Below are positions 37,908 to 49,195 of a DNA stretch of 64,000 bases, piece by piece. A program made the position numbers and the translations under genes. How positions within the stretch are numbered: position 1 is the first letter of the stretch; the number at the start of each line of letters is the position of its first letter. Where the stretch lies: NCBI GenBank assembly GCA_963746605.1, contig CAVVCH010000054.1:21366-85365 (forward strand). Reading direction: 5' to 3'. The notes under the pieces are model-generated. The model was not told where the DNA came from, searched no databases, and saw nothing but the letters and a program-made list of their open reading frames with translations. The DNA comes from an uncultured delta proteobacterium. GTDB lineage: Bacteria; Desulfobacterota; RBG-13-43-22.

Positions 37908-39440
37908 TTAGGCCGCCCTTTTCATTTCTTCCCGCCAAAAACTCAGGTCCTTTTTTTCCGGTTCGGGAACCGGTTTGGATTCGGGAGGCGCCTGAAGGCT
38001 TTCTTCCATGACCTTATGGAGATCCGTGTTGTCGATGAGTTGGATCTCGCCGCGCTCAAAATCATTGACGGTTTTTAAATATTTCTGAAAATGCTCCATG
38101 CCGGCCCCCTGATACCAGACGCCCACCGGCCGGTTGGTGTGTTCTTTGGAATTATACACATGATCGGGAATGACCCCGCGGCCTTTATTCCCAATGCCAC
38201 GGAGATACCCCGTCTCATGGTCGGCGGTAACGATGAGCAGGTTCTTGTCCCAGCCGCCCCGGGGGTTGAGGGGATCTTCGACCCAGGCCAGCACCGCCTG
38301 CACCGCCTCCTGGAAGCCGAGCAACTCCCCGATGGCCACATTCAGGTCGTTTTGATGGTGACCGCGGTCGATGGCCCCTCCCTCGATCATTAAGAAAAAT
38401 CCTTTCCCTTCCTGGGAGAGGACGGCCAGGGCCCCCTGGGACATTTCCTTCAAAGTGGGCAGCCGGGGGTCCGTCTGAGAACCGTCCGCCAATGACGGTT
38501 TAATACCTTTTTGGTTTTGGATCAGCCCAAACACCTTGGTCGGGGGAATGCCCTTCGTTAATTCCAGAAACTGGTCGCGGGTTTCCACCAGGATGTACGG
38601 CCCTCCCCCGCCCGCCGGGCCCTGGGACAGAAAACGAAAATCTTCCGCGGCCAGGTAACGGTACTCCGGTGTCCTCGGACTGCCATATTCGTCAAAGGCC
38701 GGATGCCCGGCCCCCATGATGACCTCCGGCTGTACGATCCGGATCATCTCTTCGGCGATAGCCCCGTAATTTTTTCGGCTCACATTATGAGCCGCGAAAC
38801 CGGCCGGAGTGGCGTGGCTGAATTGGACCGAGGTCACCACGCCGGTCTTTTTCCCTTTCTCCTGAAACTTTTCAATGATATTTTTGCAGGGCCGGTTGAA
38901 ATTATCCGTCCCGATGGCATTCAAATAGGTCTTGACGCCGCAGGCCATGGAGGTGGCCGAGGATCCGGAATCCGTGGCATAGGTTCGGCCACCCCCTTGA
39001 CCCGGTCCTTCCCCCAATTCTCCTTGGGCCGCCCCAGTGAAGCTCAATTCGGGACCCAACCGGGGATAATCCATTTGACCGGGCTTGCCCCCCCGGGTCC
39101 AGGAGGGGTCATAAGAAACCAGAGGCGCAGCCTCATTGGTCGGGGAAGTGCTTAAATTCAAAGGATAGGTGGTCATCCAGCAAAAGCCGGTCAATTTTTC
39201 AAAATGGAGTTTTTCCTTGCCCCCGAACTTATGAAAGTCCGACCCGAACTGATAAGCCCCGGCCGCCCAGACCGACTCCTGGCCCATGCCGTCGCCGATC
39301 ATTAAAATAATGTTTTGCGGGGCTCCGGCGTGAGACAGCGGACAGACAGCCCACAAGCCGGAGAAAAACAGACAGGTAATCAAAACCAATGGAATAATTC
39401 TTCGAGGAAACGATTGGCCCATAAAACGGTAAACCCCCAA
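37908..39440 (-). CDS. Alkaline phosphatase family protein, secreted
   Basis: 510 aa; signal peptide, LMIGDGMG and TADHETG motifs. Confidence 0.85.
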   Translation of the reverse strand: MGVYRFMGQSFPRRIIPLVLITCLFFSGLWAVCPLSHAGAPQNIILMIGDGMGQESVWAAGAYQFGSDFHKFGGKEKLHFEKLTGFCWMTTYPLNLSTSPTNEAAPLVSYDPSWTRGGKPGQMDYPRLGPELSFTGAAQGELGEGPGQGGGRTYATDSGSSATSMACGVKTYLNAIGTDNFNRPCKNIIEKFQEKGKKTGVVTSVQFSHATPAGFAAHNVSRKNYGAIAEEMIRIVQPEVIMGAGHPAFDEYGSPRTPEYRYLAAEDFRFLSQGPAGGGGPYILVETRDQFLELTKGIPPTKVFGLIQNQKGIKPSLADGSQTDPRLPTLKEMSQGALAVLSQEGKGFFLMIEGGAIDRGHHQNDLNVAIGELLGFQEAVQAVLAWVEDPLNPRGGWDKNLLIVTADHETGYLRGIGNKGRGVIPDHVYNSKEHTNRPVGVWYQGAGMEHFQKYLKTVNDFERGEIQLIDNTDLHKVMEESLQAPPESKPVPEPEKKDLSFWREEMKRAA

Positions 39441-39483
39441 TTTCTTAAATGGTTAATGATAGTTAGCTTATCGAATATCCTGC

Positions 39484-39512
39484 TTGACACCTTAAATTTT
39501 TTTAAATATGGT
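39484..39512 (+). promoter_or_regulatory. Candidate sigma-70 promoter (TTGACA-17-TATGGT)
   Basis: TTGACA at 39484-39489, 17-nt spacer, TATGGT at 39507-39512, about 45 bp upstream of ATG 39557. Confidence 0.4.
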
Positions 39513-39556
39513 AGGCAGGCTTACCACGAAAATATGCCTGTTAAAGAGAGGCCCTT

Positions 39557-41509
<1,953 letters not shown>

Positions 41510-41517
41510 AACGAAAA

Positions 41518-41657
41518 ATGAACATCGAACATCGAACTTCCAACATCGAATGTTTAATGAAAAAGATGAAGAAGCAGAAATAGGGATCCCCTGTTCGGCA
41601 ATAGAGGTTTGTTTTTCATTCGAGGTTGGACGTTCGATGTTCGATGTTCGACGTTCA
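41518..41657. repeat. Family D palindromic element
   Basis: ATGAACATCGAACATCGAACTTCCAACATCGAATGTT ... GACGTTCGATGTTCGATGTTCGACGTTCAT. Confidence 0.65.
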
Positions 41658-41686
41658 TTTTGTACAAGAAAAAGAGACCCTGAGCG

Positions 41687-42268
41687 ATGACCGTATCCCC
41701 CACCCATTCATCCGATCTCAAGCCCCGCATTCCCTCCCGGGAGCAATGCCTGGCCCTCATGGCAGACCAGGAGATGCTGCCTAATATACGCGCACACAGC
41801 CTGCAGGTGGCCCGGGTGGCTCAGGTCCTGGCGGTTCATTTGCCCTCCTTAAGCCCTCCCCTGGATCTGGCCCTTCTGGAGGCCGGGGCGCTGCTTCATG
41901 ACATCGCCAAAACCGAGTGCCTCCATACCAAGAAAAAGCATACCGATATCGGAGCCGCTTTTCTGGAGGCCCGGGGGTATCCGGAAGTGGCTGAAATAGT
42001 CGCCCAGCACGTCACCTTAAATCACGACCATTCCCGGTCTGATCGAATCAGCGAAGCGGAACTGGTTCACTATGCCGACAAGCGGGTCCTGCATGAGGAT
42101 ATCGTTGATCTGGCGACCCGTTTCCGGTATCTGCAGGAGCGCTATGGCCGCACCCCTGATGACCAAAAACGAATCGCCGCCCTTCTGGAAAGCTCCTTAA
42201 AGCAGGAAGAAAAAATATTCCGCTTTCTCCCCTTTTCCCCGGCGGATTTGAATCGGATGCTGGATTGA
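41687..42268 (+). CDS. HD-domain protein
   Basis: 193 aa; H...HDIAK motif (LLHDIAKTE); start uncertain (41687 or 41756). Confidence 0.7.
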   Translation: MTVSPTHSSDLKPRIPSREQCLALMADQEMLPNIRAHSLQVARVAQVLAVHLPSLSPPLDLALLEAGALLHDIAKTECLHTKKKHTDIGAAFLEARGYPEVAEIVAQHVTLNHDHSRSDRISEAELVHYADKRVLHEDIVDLATRFRYLQERYGRTPDDQKRIAALLESSLKQEEKIFRFLPFSPADLNRMLD

Positions 42269-42360
42269 GCCGTTCATACGTCAAGGAATCAGTGCCCTTA
42301 ACCCCCAAGAGGCCACTACTTTACTAACCCCGCGGATGCTCTTATCCAGCCATCAGCCTC

Positions 42361-43251
42361 ATGCCGCCGTCGTTACCCCGCAACCCCCACCTCCCTCTCC
42401 TGGCCCTCATGGGGGGCGCCCTGTCCATAGCCTTTGCCCCTATTTTCGTCAGGATCAGCGAGGTCGGCCCCCTGTCCACAGCCTTCTGGCGGCTCTTCTT
42501 GGCCTGGCCCGCCCTCTGGCTTTGGACGGTCATGGAACGGCGCCGGCGGACGGACGGACGGCGGCCTTCCCGGTACACCGATTATCTGTGCCTGGCCGCT
42601 GCCGGGATTTTCTTTGCCGGGGATCTATCCCTCTGGCATTGGTCTCTCCGCTTCACTCCTGTAGCCAACTCCACCCTCTTGGTCAATTACGCCCCCCTCT
42701 GGGTTACCTTCGCCGGCTGGTGGCTGTTTCAAAACCGGATTGAAAAACTTTTCTTAGCGGGTCTGGTCAGCTCCCTGCTGGGAGCCACACTGATTGTCGG
42801 CGCCAGCTTTCAGATTCGGATGGAACAAGTGAAGGGCGATTTTCTGGCCCTGACGGCCTCTTTTTTTTATGCCGGGTACCTCTTGTCCATCACTCGTCTT
42901 CGCCGCGATTTCTCCACGGCGGCCATTATGACTTGGAGCACGATCGGCTGTACGATAATCCTGCTGGCCGTCACCCTGTTCTCCGGGGAAAAGTTTTTCC
43001 CCGAAACCCCCTGGGGCTGGCTGGTGCTTCTGGGGCTGGCCCTGCTCTCACATGTCGCTGGCCAGGGGCTGATCACCTATGCCCTGGCCCATCTGCCCGC
43101 GGCCTTTTCTTCGGTAACCCTGTTGCTGCAGCCGGTCTTTGCCGCCTTCCTGGCTTGGATGCTGCTAGCCGAGGCCCTGGGGGCCGGACAGGCATTCGGA
43201 GGACTGCTGGTCTTGGTGGGTATTTTTCTGGCCCGCAAATCCGCGATCTAG
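42361..43251 (+). CDS. EamA/DMT-family transporter
   Basis: 296 aa, two EamA-like halves with 10 hydrophobic segments. Confidence 0.8.
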   Translation: MPPSLPRNPHLPLLALMGGALSIAFAPIFVRISEVGPLSTAFWRLFLAWPALWLWTVMERRRRTDGRRPSRYTDYLCLAAAGIFFAGDLSLWHWSLRFTPVANSTLLVNYAPLWVTFAGWWLFQNRIEKLFLAGLVSSLLGATLIVGASFQIRMEQVKGDFLALTASFFYAGYLLSITRLRRDFSTAAIMTWSTIGCTIILLAVTLFSGEKFFPETPWGWLVLLGLALLSHVAGQGLITYALAHLPAAFSSVTLLLQPVFAAFLAWMLLAEALGAGQAFGGLLVLVGIFLARKSAI

Positions 43252-43337
43252 CCGGCGGGGGAGGTATTGAGTGTCTCCGGTATCGGGCCTGCTTTTAAAT
43301 CCGGATTTCCGGCTTGATTCGGATAACCCTTCCCGGG

Positions 43338-43799
43338 CTATTTGCCTTTTTGGCCCGGACAGAGAATTTTATACAAATCTTCTTCGCTGGAATTCTTGAC
43401 GATCGGCTGTCTGGTCAGGAACTCCTCTAGACAACAGGCCCGGGACCCGTTCCCGATCTCTCGCTGCTGCTCATCGTAATCGGAGATCGACAGGATCTGA
43501 TAGGTGCGTTCGGCGCATTGAAAGGCCATCCGGACCCGGGTGGATTCGTAGCGCTCCCATACGGATTTGGGGACCTTCGCTCGGGCCATTTCCTGGGTCC
43601 GGTATTTCTTTCCTTCTTTGGTGGCAATCCAGTTGGTCCAGACCTGAACCACTTCCGGTTCCGGACGGAGCACCCGCCCGGGATCATACAGACAAAGATA
43701 GTATTCGTTGGCGCTGTAAAACTGCCAATCCGTGCCCCGGGCCGCGGACGCCGGAATCAACAGCAGGATGGAAAAAATTGTGAGGATCAACGCGTTCAT
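43338..43799 (-). CDS. Hypothetical secreted protein (signal peptide)
   Basis: 153 aa; N-terminal MNALILTIFSILLLIPASAA signal-like segment; no recognised domain. Confidence 0.5.
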   Translation of the reverse strand: MNALILTIFSILLLIPASAARGTDWQFYSANEYYLCLYDPGRVLRPEPEVVQVWTNWIATKEGKKYRTQEMARAKVPKSVWERYESTRVRMAFQCAERTYQILSISDYDEQQREIGNGSRACCLEEFLTRQPIVKNSSEEDLYKILCPGQKGK

Positions 43800-43806
43800 A
43801 ACCGGA

Positions 43807-45789
43807 TCATTCTCCCGCCTGCGCTTCCAGTGCTTCCAACTCTTGGAGGGCTTCCGCCCAACGCTCGGTCAAGATCTCAATTTCCTTCTGAAGCCGTCCA
43901 TACCCTTGCTGGGCTTCCTGGACCCCCTTTCCCTGCCGGTAAAATTCCGGGTCGGCCAGGATTTCCCCCAGCCTTTCTTTCTCGGTTCCGGCTCCGGCTA
44001 ACCGTCCTTCCAGTTCCTCGATTTCCTTTTTGAGGGGGGCTTTTTGTCTAAACAGGGCGTTGCGCCTTTCTGCCTCCTGTCGCTTCTCTTGTGACGATTT
44101 ACGTCCTGGGGCGCCGTTTTTCGAAGTGCTCGCTCTGGATAGGTCTTTGGAATTTCGCTCCTCGGAGGGCTCCTTCGGTTCCACCCGTGCTTTCCAGATC
44201 TGTTCAAAATCCTGGTAATTCCCCGGAAAAATCTCCAGCCGGCCGTCTCGAATATACACCGTCCGGGTGGCCAGGGCATCGATCAGGTGCCGGTCGTGGG
44301 TAATCAGGCAGAGGGTCCCGTTAAAAGCGCGCAGGGCCTCTTCCAGCACGTCGCGGGAAGGGATGTCCAGATGATTGGTGGGTTCGTCGAAGAGCAGGAA
44401 ATTGGCCCCTCCCAGGAGCATCTTCAAAATAACCAGGCGGCTTTTTTCCCCACCGGAAAGGACCGACACCTTTTTTTTGATATCCTCCTCGTCCCGGAAT
44501 AAAAAGGCCGCCAGATGGTTGCGCAAGGCCCCGTAGGTCCGATCGCCGGCCACATCGCCGATCTCCTGCCAGACCGTTCGCTCGCCCCGCAACTGGTCCA
44601 GTTGATGCTGGGCAAAATAGTCCAGGGTGACATGATGCCCCAGCTCCCGTATTCCTTGGTCGGGTGGGATAATCCCGGCCATGATCTTGATCAGCGTGCT
44701 CTTCCCGGCGCCGTTGGGACCCAGAAAGGCCACACAATCCCCCCGGCTGATGGTCAGGTCGATCCCTTGATAGAGGTTCTTTTCGCCGTACGATTTTCCG
44801 ACTCCCCGGAGTTCCAAAACCACCTTGCCGGTCCGAACCGGCTCCTGGAATTGAAAGGAAACCTGGTGTTCCTCGCGAGGATGTTCGAGGCGTTCCATTT
44901 GCTCCAGGACTTTAATCCGGGACTGCACCTGTTTGGCCCGGTCTTTTCGAGACCGGTTTCGGGCAACAAAGTCTTCGATCTGACGAATCTTCTCCATTTG
45001 ATTAAAATAGGCGGCCTCCTGAAGCTGGAGGCGTTTGGCTTTTTCTTCCCGGTACCGGGTGTAATTCCCGGCGTAAGAGGTCAGCACTCCCTTTTCCAGT
45101 TCGAGGACCCGCTGGACCACTTTATCCATAAAGACCCGATCGTGGGAAATCAACAGCAGCGCCGATGAGGTGCCCTTAAGAAAGTTTTCCAACCATAATA
45201 GCGAGTCCAGATCCAGATGGTTGGTCGGCTCATCCAAAAGCAGCAGGTCGGGCTTCATCAACAAAATCCGGGCCAGGGCCGCCCGCATGACCCACCCCCC
45301 GCTTAAGGTTTCCACCGGGGCCTGAAACTGTTCCTCCGGGAAACCCAACCCGGCCAGGATTTGTTTGGCCCGGGCCTCCAGATCGTACCCCCCCAGGCGT
45401 TCCAGTTCCTCCAATAATCGACTTTGCTTGTGGGCCAATATCTCCTGGTCCGCAGGATCAGAGGCGGCATTCAACCGTCGCGAAACCTCCTGGTATTCGA
45501 TTTGGTACTTTTTCAACTCCGGATCCATTTCCATCACCTGGTCCAGGACCCTCTTCCCTTTCACCCGGATCACTTCCTGGGGAAGATGCCCCAGCCGAAC
45601 CCCCTTCTTCAGGTGCACCTGGCCGCTGTCCGGCTCGATTTCGCCCAGAAGGATTCTGAAAAGCGTGGATTTCCCCGTGCCGTTGGCCCCGACCAGGGCC
45701 ATTTTATCCCCGGGATTGATGGAAAAGGAGACCTCTTTCAGCAGGTCGTGCCGGCCGTAAAATTTGGAAACGCGGTCAATGGAAATCAT
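43807..45789 (-). CDS. ABC-F family ATPase (two ABC domains, no transmembrane domain)
   Basis: 660 aa; two Walker A motifs (GANGTGKST, GPNGAGKST), two LSGG signatures, C-terminal coiled-coil. Confidence 0.9.
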   Translation of the reverse strand: MISIDRVSKFYGRHDLLKEVSFSINPGDKMALVGANGTGKSTLFRILLGEIEPDSGQVHLKKGVRLGHLPQEVIRVKGKRVLDQVMEMDPELKKYQIEYQEVSRRLNAASDPADQEILAHKQSRLLEELERLGGYDLEARAKQILAGLGFPEEQFQAPVETLSGGWVMRAALARILLMKPDLLLLDEPTNHLDLDSLLWLENFLKGTSSALLLISHDRVFMDKVVQRVLELEKGVLTSYAGNYTRYREEKAKRLQLQEAAYFNQMEKIRQIEDFVARNRSRKDRAKQVQSRIKVLEQMERLEHPREEHQVSFQFQEPVRTGKVVLELRGVGKSYGEKNLYQGIDLTISRGDCVAFLGPNGAGKSTLIKIMAGIIPPDQGIRELGHHVTLDYFAQHQLDQLRGERTVWQEIGDVAGDRTYGALRNHLAAFLFRDEEDIKKKVSVLSGGEKSRLVILKMLLGGANFLLFDEPTNHLDIPSRDVLEEALRAFNGTLCLITHDRHLIDALATRTVYIRDGRLEIFPGNYQDFEQIWKARVEPKEPSEERNSKDLSRASTSKNGAPGRKSSQEKRQEAERRNALFRQKAPLKKEIEELEGRLAGAGTEKERLGEILADPEFYRQGKGVQEAQQGYGRLQKEIEILTERWAEALQELEALEAQAGE

Positions 45790-45798
45790 AGATGGTTT

Positions 45799-45944
45799 GC
45801 TTGCTGGTTACTGGTTGCTGGTTGCTGGTTGCTGGATAAAAGAAACAAGGGATAAAGAAAACCGGATAGGCGTACAAGACAAGGAAAACCCTAAAGGAAG
45901 CTCCCATGACTTTAACCGGCAACCAGGAACTTGCAACCAGTAAC
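45799..45944. repeat. Family E element
   Basis: GCTTGCTGGTTACTGGTTGCTGGTTGCTGGTTGCTGG ... AACCGGCAACCAGGAACTTGCAACCAGTAAC. Confidence 0.7.
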
Positions 45945-45948
45945 AAAA

Positions 45949-46293
45949 TCAGTCCTTATTCCCCAGATACTCCCCCAGCAGCTCCCGGGAGTGGGTATCT
46001 TCATGGCAATAAATACACAGATTTTCCCAGTTGCTGCCGTCGGGAGGGTTATTTTGATGGTTGCCGTCCCGGTGATGCACCGTGAGTAATTGCCGCTGGG
46101 CCGGTTCGAATTCCCGCCCGCAGCGGGCGCAGATCAGTCCGTGGATGGCCAGAGACCGCTCCCGGTAGCTTTCCCGGACAGGGAGGGACTTCTTTAAATC
46201 CCGAACAAACGCCGCCGGATCTTTTTCCGAGGATGGGGATTTAACCGGGCTGCGGGAAGACCTCCTTCCGGGGCCAAAACTCATGCGTCCCAT
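45949..46293 (-). CDS. HNH endonuclease (YajD-like)
   Basis: C-terminal CARCGREFEPAQRQLLTVHHRDGNHQNNPPDGSNWENLCIYCHEDTHS matches YajD-type HNH; start trimmed to MGRMSF (46293) with AAGGTGG RBS because the longer ORF overlaps the YceI gene. Confidence 0.75.
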   Translation of the reverse strand: MGRMSFGPGRRSSRSPVKSPSSEKDPAAFVRDLKKSLPVRESYRERSLAIHGLICARCGREFEPAQRQLLTVHHRDGNHQNNPPDGSNWENLCIYCHEDTHSRELLGEYLGNKD

Positions 46294-46422
46294 ACGTTCC
46301 ACCTTATAAATGGTATTATTATTTTTTACAACAGGGTCGCGCCGCTGGAGTAGAAACTTTTCTTTAACTATGTTAAACTTTCCCTTATTTATTAGCAAAT
46401 GGATTTTAAAAAGGAGGTACCT

Positions 46423-46953
46423 ATGTCTGAGTGGAAGATAGACCCTGACCATACCGCAGCCGCTTTTACCGTTCGACACTTCATGATCACCCTGGTTCGC
46501 GGCCAGTTCAACAAGATTTCCGGGTCCATTCAGTTCGATCCGGCTACTCCGGCCCTGGGGAATGTGACCATCGAAATCGAGTCCGCCTCCATCCATACCG
46601 GCATTCCCAAGCGGGACGAACATCTGCGCAGTCCCGATTTCCTAGATGTGGATAAATACCCGCTCATTCGGTTTAAAAGCACCCGGGTTGAGCCGGTAGC
46701 CGTCAACGGCTTTATTTTAACCGGCGATTTGACCATTCGGGGCGTCACCCGATCAATCGCCCTGGATGCGGAATACCTCGGTCAGGTCAAAAGCCCTTTT
46801 GATGAGGATATCAGCATCGGCTTTTCGGCCTCGGCCCGGATCAACCGCCAGGATTTCGGGGTAAGCTGGAACTTTGACATGGAAAACGGTGGTCTGGTGG
46901 CCGGGAACCATGTATTCCTGAACCTGGAAGTGGAGGCGGATCTTATTCGGTGA
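46423..46953 (+). CDS. YceI-family protein
   Basis: YceI-like layout (WKIDPDHT..., GDLTIRGVTR); RBS AAAAAGGAGG before ATG 46423. Confidence 0.85.
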   Translation: MSEWKIDPDHTAAAFTVRHFMITLVRGQFNKISGSIQFDPATPALGNVTIEIESASIHTGIPKRDEHLRSPDFLDVDKYPLIRFKSTRVEPVAVNGFILTGDLTIRGVTRSIALDAEYLGQVKSPFDEDISIGFSASARINRQDFGVSWNFDMENGGLVAGNHVFLNLEVEADLIR

Positions 46954-46969
46954 GAGGGCAGGGATCTTC

Positions 46970-48607
46970 ATGATGCTTAAGAAAGGCAAAACCTACGAAG
47001 AAGTCTACCGCTCGTTTAAATGGAAAGTTCCCAAATTCTACAATATCGGGGTGGACTGTTGCGACAAGTGGGCCGATCAGCGCTACCGCCTGGCCTTGAT
47101 CTACGAAGACGAGCAGGGCCGGGTTGAGAAATATACCTTCTGGGAACTCAAGCGGCTCTCCAACCGCCTGGCCAACGCCTTGCAGGCCTGCGGCCTAGAA
47201 CAGGGAGACCGGGTGGGGATCCTGCTGCCGCAATGCCCGGAGACGGCCCTGTCCCATCTGGCTATCTATAAAACCGGGGGGATCGCCCTCCCGCTTTTCA
47301 CCCTCTTCGGTCCGGAGGCCCTGGAATACCGTCTGGCCAACAGCGGCGCCCGGGCGGTGATCACCGACGAAGGCAATCTCCCCAAAATCCTGGAAATAAA
47401 GGATCGCCTGCCCGAGTTGAAAGCCGTCATCGTCACCCGGGGAGAAACTCCGGAGGGGGTGGTCGATTTCTGGAAAATCCTGGAAAAGGGTTCCTCTTCC
47501 TTTACCCCGCTGCGGACCAGAGCCGATGATCCGGCCCTGATTATCTATACCTCCGGCACCACCGGTCCGCCCAAAGGGGCCCTCCATGCCCAGCGGGTGG
47601 TTCTGGGGCATGTTCCCGGAGTGGAATTCTTCCATAATTTCTTTCCCAAAAAAGATGACCTGTACTGGACGCCGGCCGACTGGGCCTGGATCGGCGGGTT
47701 GATTGACGTCTTGCTGCCGAGCTGGCACCACGGGGTCCCGGTGGTCGCCTTCCGGGCCAAAAAATTTGATCCCGAGCAGGCCTTTCATTTTATCGCCAAG
47801 TACGGTATCCGCAACGCCTTCATGCCGCCCACGGCACTGAAGATCATGCGCCAGGTCCAGGACCCGGGGAAGCGGTACGATTTCGCCATGCGAACCATCG
47901 GCTGCGGCGGGGAGACCCTGGGCGAAGAACTCCTGGAATGGGGCCGCAGGGTCATGGGGCTTACGATCAATGAATTCTACGGACAAACGGAAGTGAACCT
48001 GGTCCTGGGCAATTGTTCCGAGATCATGGAGAACCGGCGGGGTTCCATGGGCCGTCCTATCCCCGGCCATCGGGTGGAAGTGGTGGACGGAGCAGGCCGC
48101 GTCCTCCCGCCGGGAGAGGTCGGAGAGGTGGCCATCCAGCGGCCGGACCCGGTCATGTTCCTCGGTTATTGGGGCAATCCCCAAGCCACGGAAGACAAGT
48201 TCATCGACGACTGGAGCCTGACCGGCGACCTGGCCCGCAAGGACGAGGAGGGCTATTTCTGGTTCGTGGGCCGCAAGGACGACCTCATCAGCAGCGCCGG
48301 CTACCGGATAGGGCCGGCCGAGATCGAAGATTGTCTGATCAAGCATCCGGCCGTGGCCATGGCCGGGGTCATCGGCAGCCCCGACGCAGTGCGGGGGGAA
48401 ATCGTCAAGGCCTTTATCGTTCTTAAGCCCGGGGTACCCCCCGAGCCTTCTCTGAAGGAAGAAATCCAGCAGTTTATTAAAACCCGTCTGGCCGCCCATG
48501 AGTACCCCCGAGAAATCGAGTTCCTGGCCGAACTGCCTTTGACGGCTACCGGCAAGATCATGCGCAAGGATCTGCGGCAGATGGACATGGACCGCAAAAA
48601 GGGGTAG
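46970..48607 (+). CDS. AMP-dependent synthetase/ligase (acyl-CoA synthetase)
   Basis: 545 aa; IIYTSGTTGPPKG, GYWGNPQATE, TGDLARKDEEGYFWFVGRKDD. Confidence 0.9.
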   Translation: MMLKKGKTYEEVYRSFKWKVPKFYNIGVDCCDKWADQRYRLALIYEDEQGRVEKYTFWELKRLSNRLANALQACGLEQGDRVGILLPQCPETALSHLAIYKTGGIALPLFTLFGPEALEYRLANSGARAVITDEGNLPKILEIKDRLPELKAVIVTRGETPEGVVDFWKILEKGSSSFTPLRTRADDPALIIYTSGTTGPPKGALHAQRVVLGHVPGVEFFHNFFPKKDDLYWTPADWAWIGGLIDVLLPSWHHGVPVVAFRAKKFDPEQAFHFIAKYGIRNAFMPPTALKIMRQVQDPGKRYDFAMRTIGCGGETLGEELLEWGRRVMGLTINEFYGQTEVNLVLGNCSEIMENRRGSMGRPIPGHRVEVVDGAGRVLPPGEVGEVAIQRPDPVMFLGYWGNPQATEDKFIDDWSLTGDLARKDEEGYFWFVGRKDDLISSAGYRIGPAEIEDCLIKHPAVAMAGVIGSPDAVRGEIVKAFIVLKPGVPPEPSLKEEIQQFIKTRLAAHEYPREIEFLAELPLTATGKIMRKDLRQMDMDRKKG

Positions 48608-48757
48608 AATGGTTGCAAGTTGCTGGTCTGGACTTGATCCTGGATCCAGGCAGCTCGAAGCTTGAAAGGCCTGGATTCCGGCTTCCGCCGGAATGACGAA
48701 CCTTCAATAAGCTAATCAATTTTCATGCTTCGTGGGTGTCCGCCCCGGGCATGGGGG

Positions 48758-48855
48758 TTTAATACGAAAATAACCAAAGACAGGGTTCAAGGGGTCGAGT
48801 GTAGGGGAGGGGTTAATCCCCTCCCGCACCCAGCCGGGCATAAATCATACTCCTG
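48758..48855. repeat. Family B composite element containing palindrome GTAGGGGAGGGGTTAATCCCCTCCC
   Basis: TTAATACGAAAATAACC...GGGTTCAAGGGGTCGAGTGTAGGGGAGGGGTTAATCCCCTCCCGCACCCAGCCGGGC; paralogous copy at 57011-57176, palindrome again at 63861-63885. Confidence 0.65.
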
Positions 48856-48946
48856 GACTCGAAAACCCGTCGGCCATCCCAGATATTAGGGGAGTACCGA
48901 CCCAAAAGGGCGAAACATAAATCACCGAAGAAAGGAGGTGAAGCGG

Positions 48947-49051
48947 GATGAAAAAAAAGATGAACCCGGAGGGTTTGGTTAAAGAGGCAGCTTTTTGGGC
49001 CAAAATGAAGGCAGCCGCAAAGGAAGGTCCCAAGACAGTGTGCCACAAGTG
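48947..49051 (+). CDS. Small ORF (34 aa) with strong RBS upstream of the radical SAM/SPASM gene; candidate precursor or leader peptide
   Basis: AAGGAGGTG 9 nt upstream of ATG; MKKKMNPEGLVKEAAFWAKMKAAAKEGPKTVCHK then TGA-AAA-GGG-TGA-AAA-TCG-TAA; hairpin TTGCTG-GTT-CAGCAA at 49073-49087. Confidence 0.35.
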
Positions 49052-49195
49052 AAAAGGGTGAAAATCGTAAACGTTGCTGGTTCAGCAATGGAATCAAAGG
49101 GCGGATACGGGGGGAGGCGCAAAAGGAGCATTGCCAACCTGCCCTTTATCCGCCCTTCTCCTTATTACCCCTAAACTCAAAAAAAGGCCTGAACG

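Noticed and set aside
47195-48499. 434-aa minus-strand ORF
   Set aside because: Antisense to the well-supported acyl-CoA synthetase; non-protein-like composition.
48780-48830. tRNA-like T-arm sequence (GGGTTCAAGGGGTCGAGTG / GGTTCGAATG) in family B elements
   Set aside because: No cloverleaf can be drawn: no acceptor stem, and the loop GTTAATC does not fit the T-loop consensus; it is part of the REP-like palindrome.
49049-49087. Confident selenocysteine call for the in-frame TGA codons
   Set aside because: The hairpin after the TGA is short and coincides with the GTTGCTGGTT repeat family, no sel genes are in the window, and frameshifts are frequent in this assembly; kept as a speculative note only.
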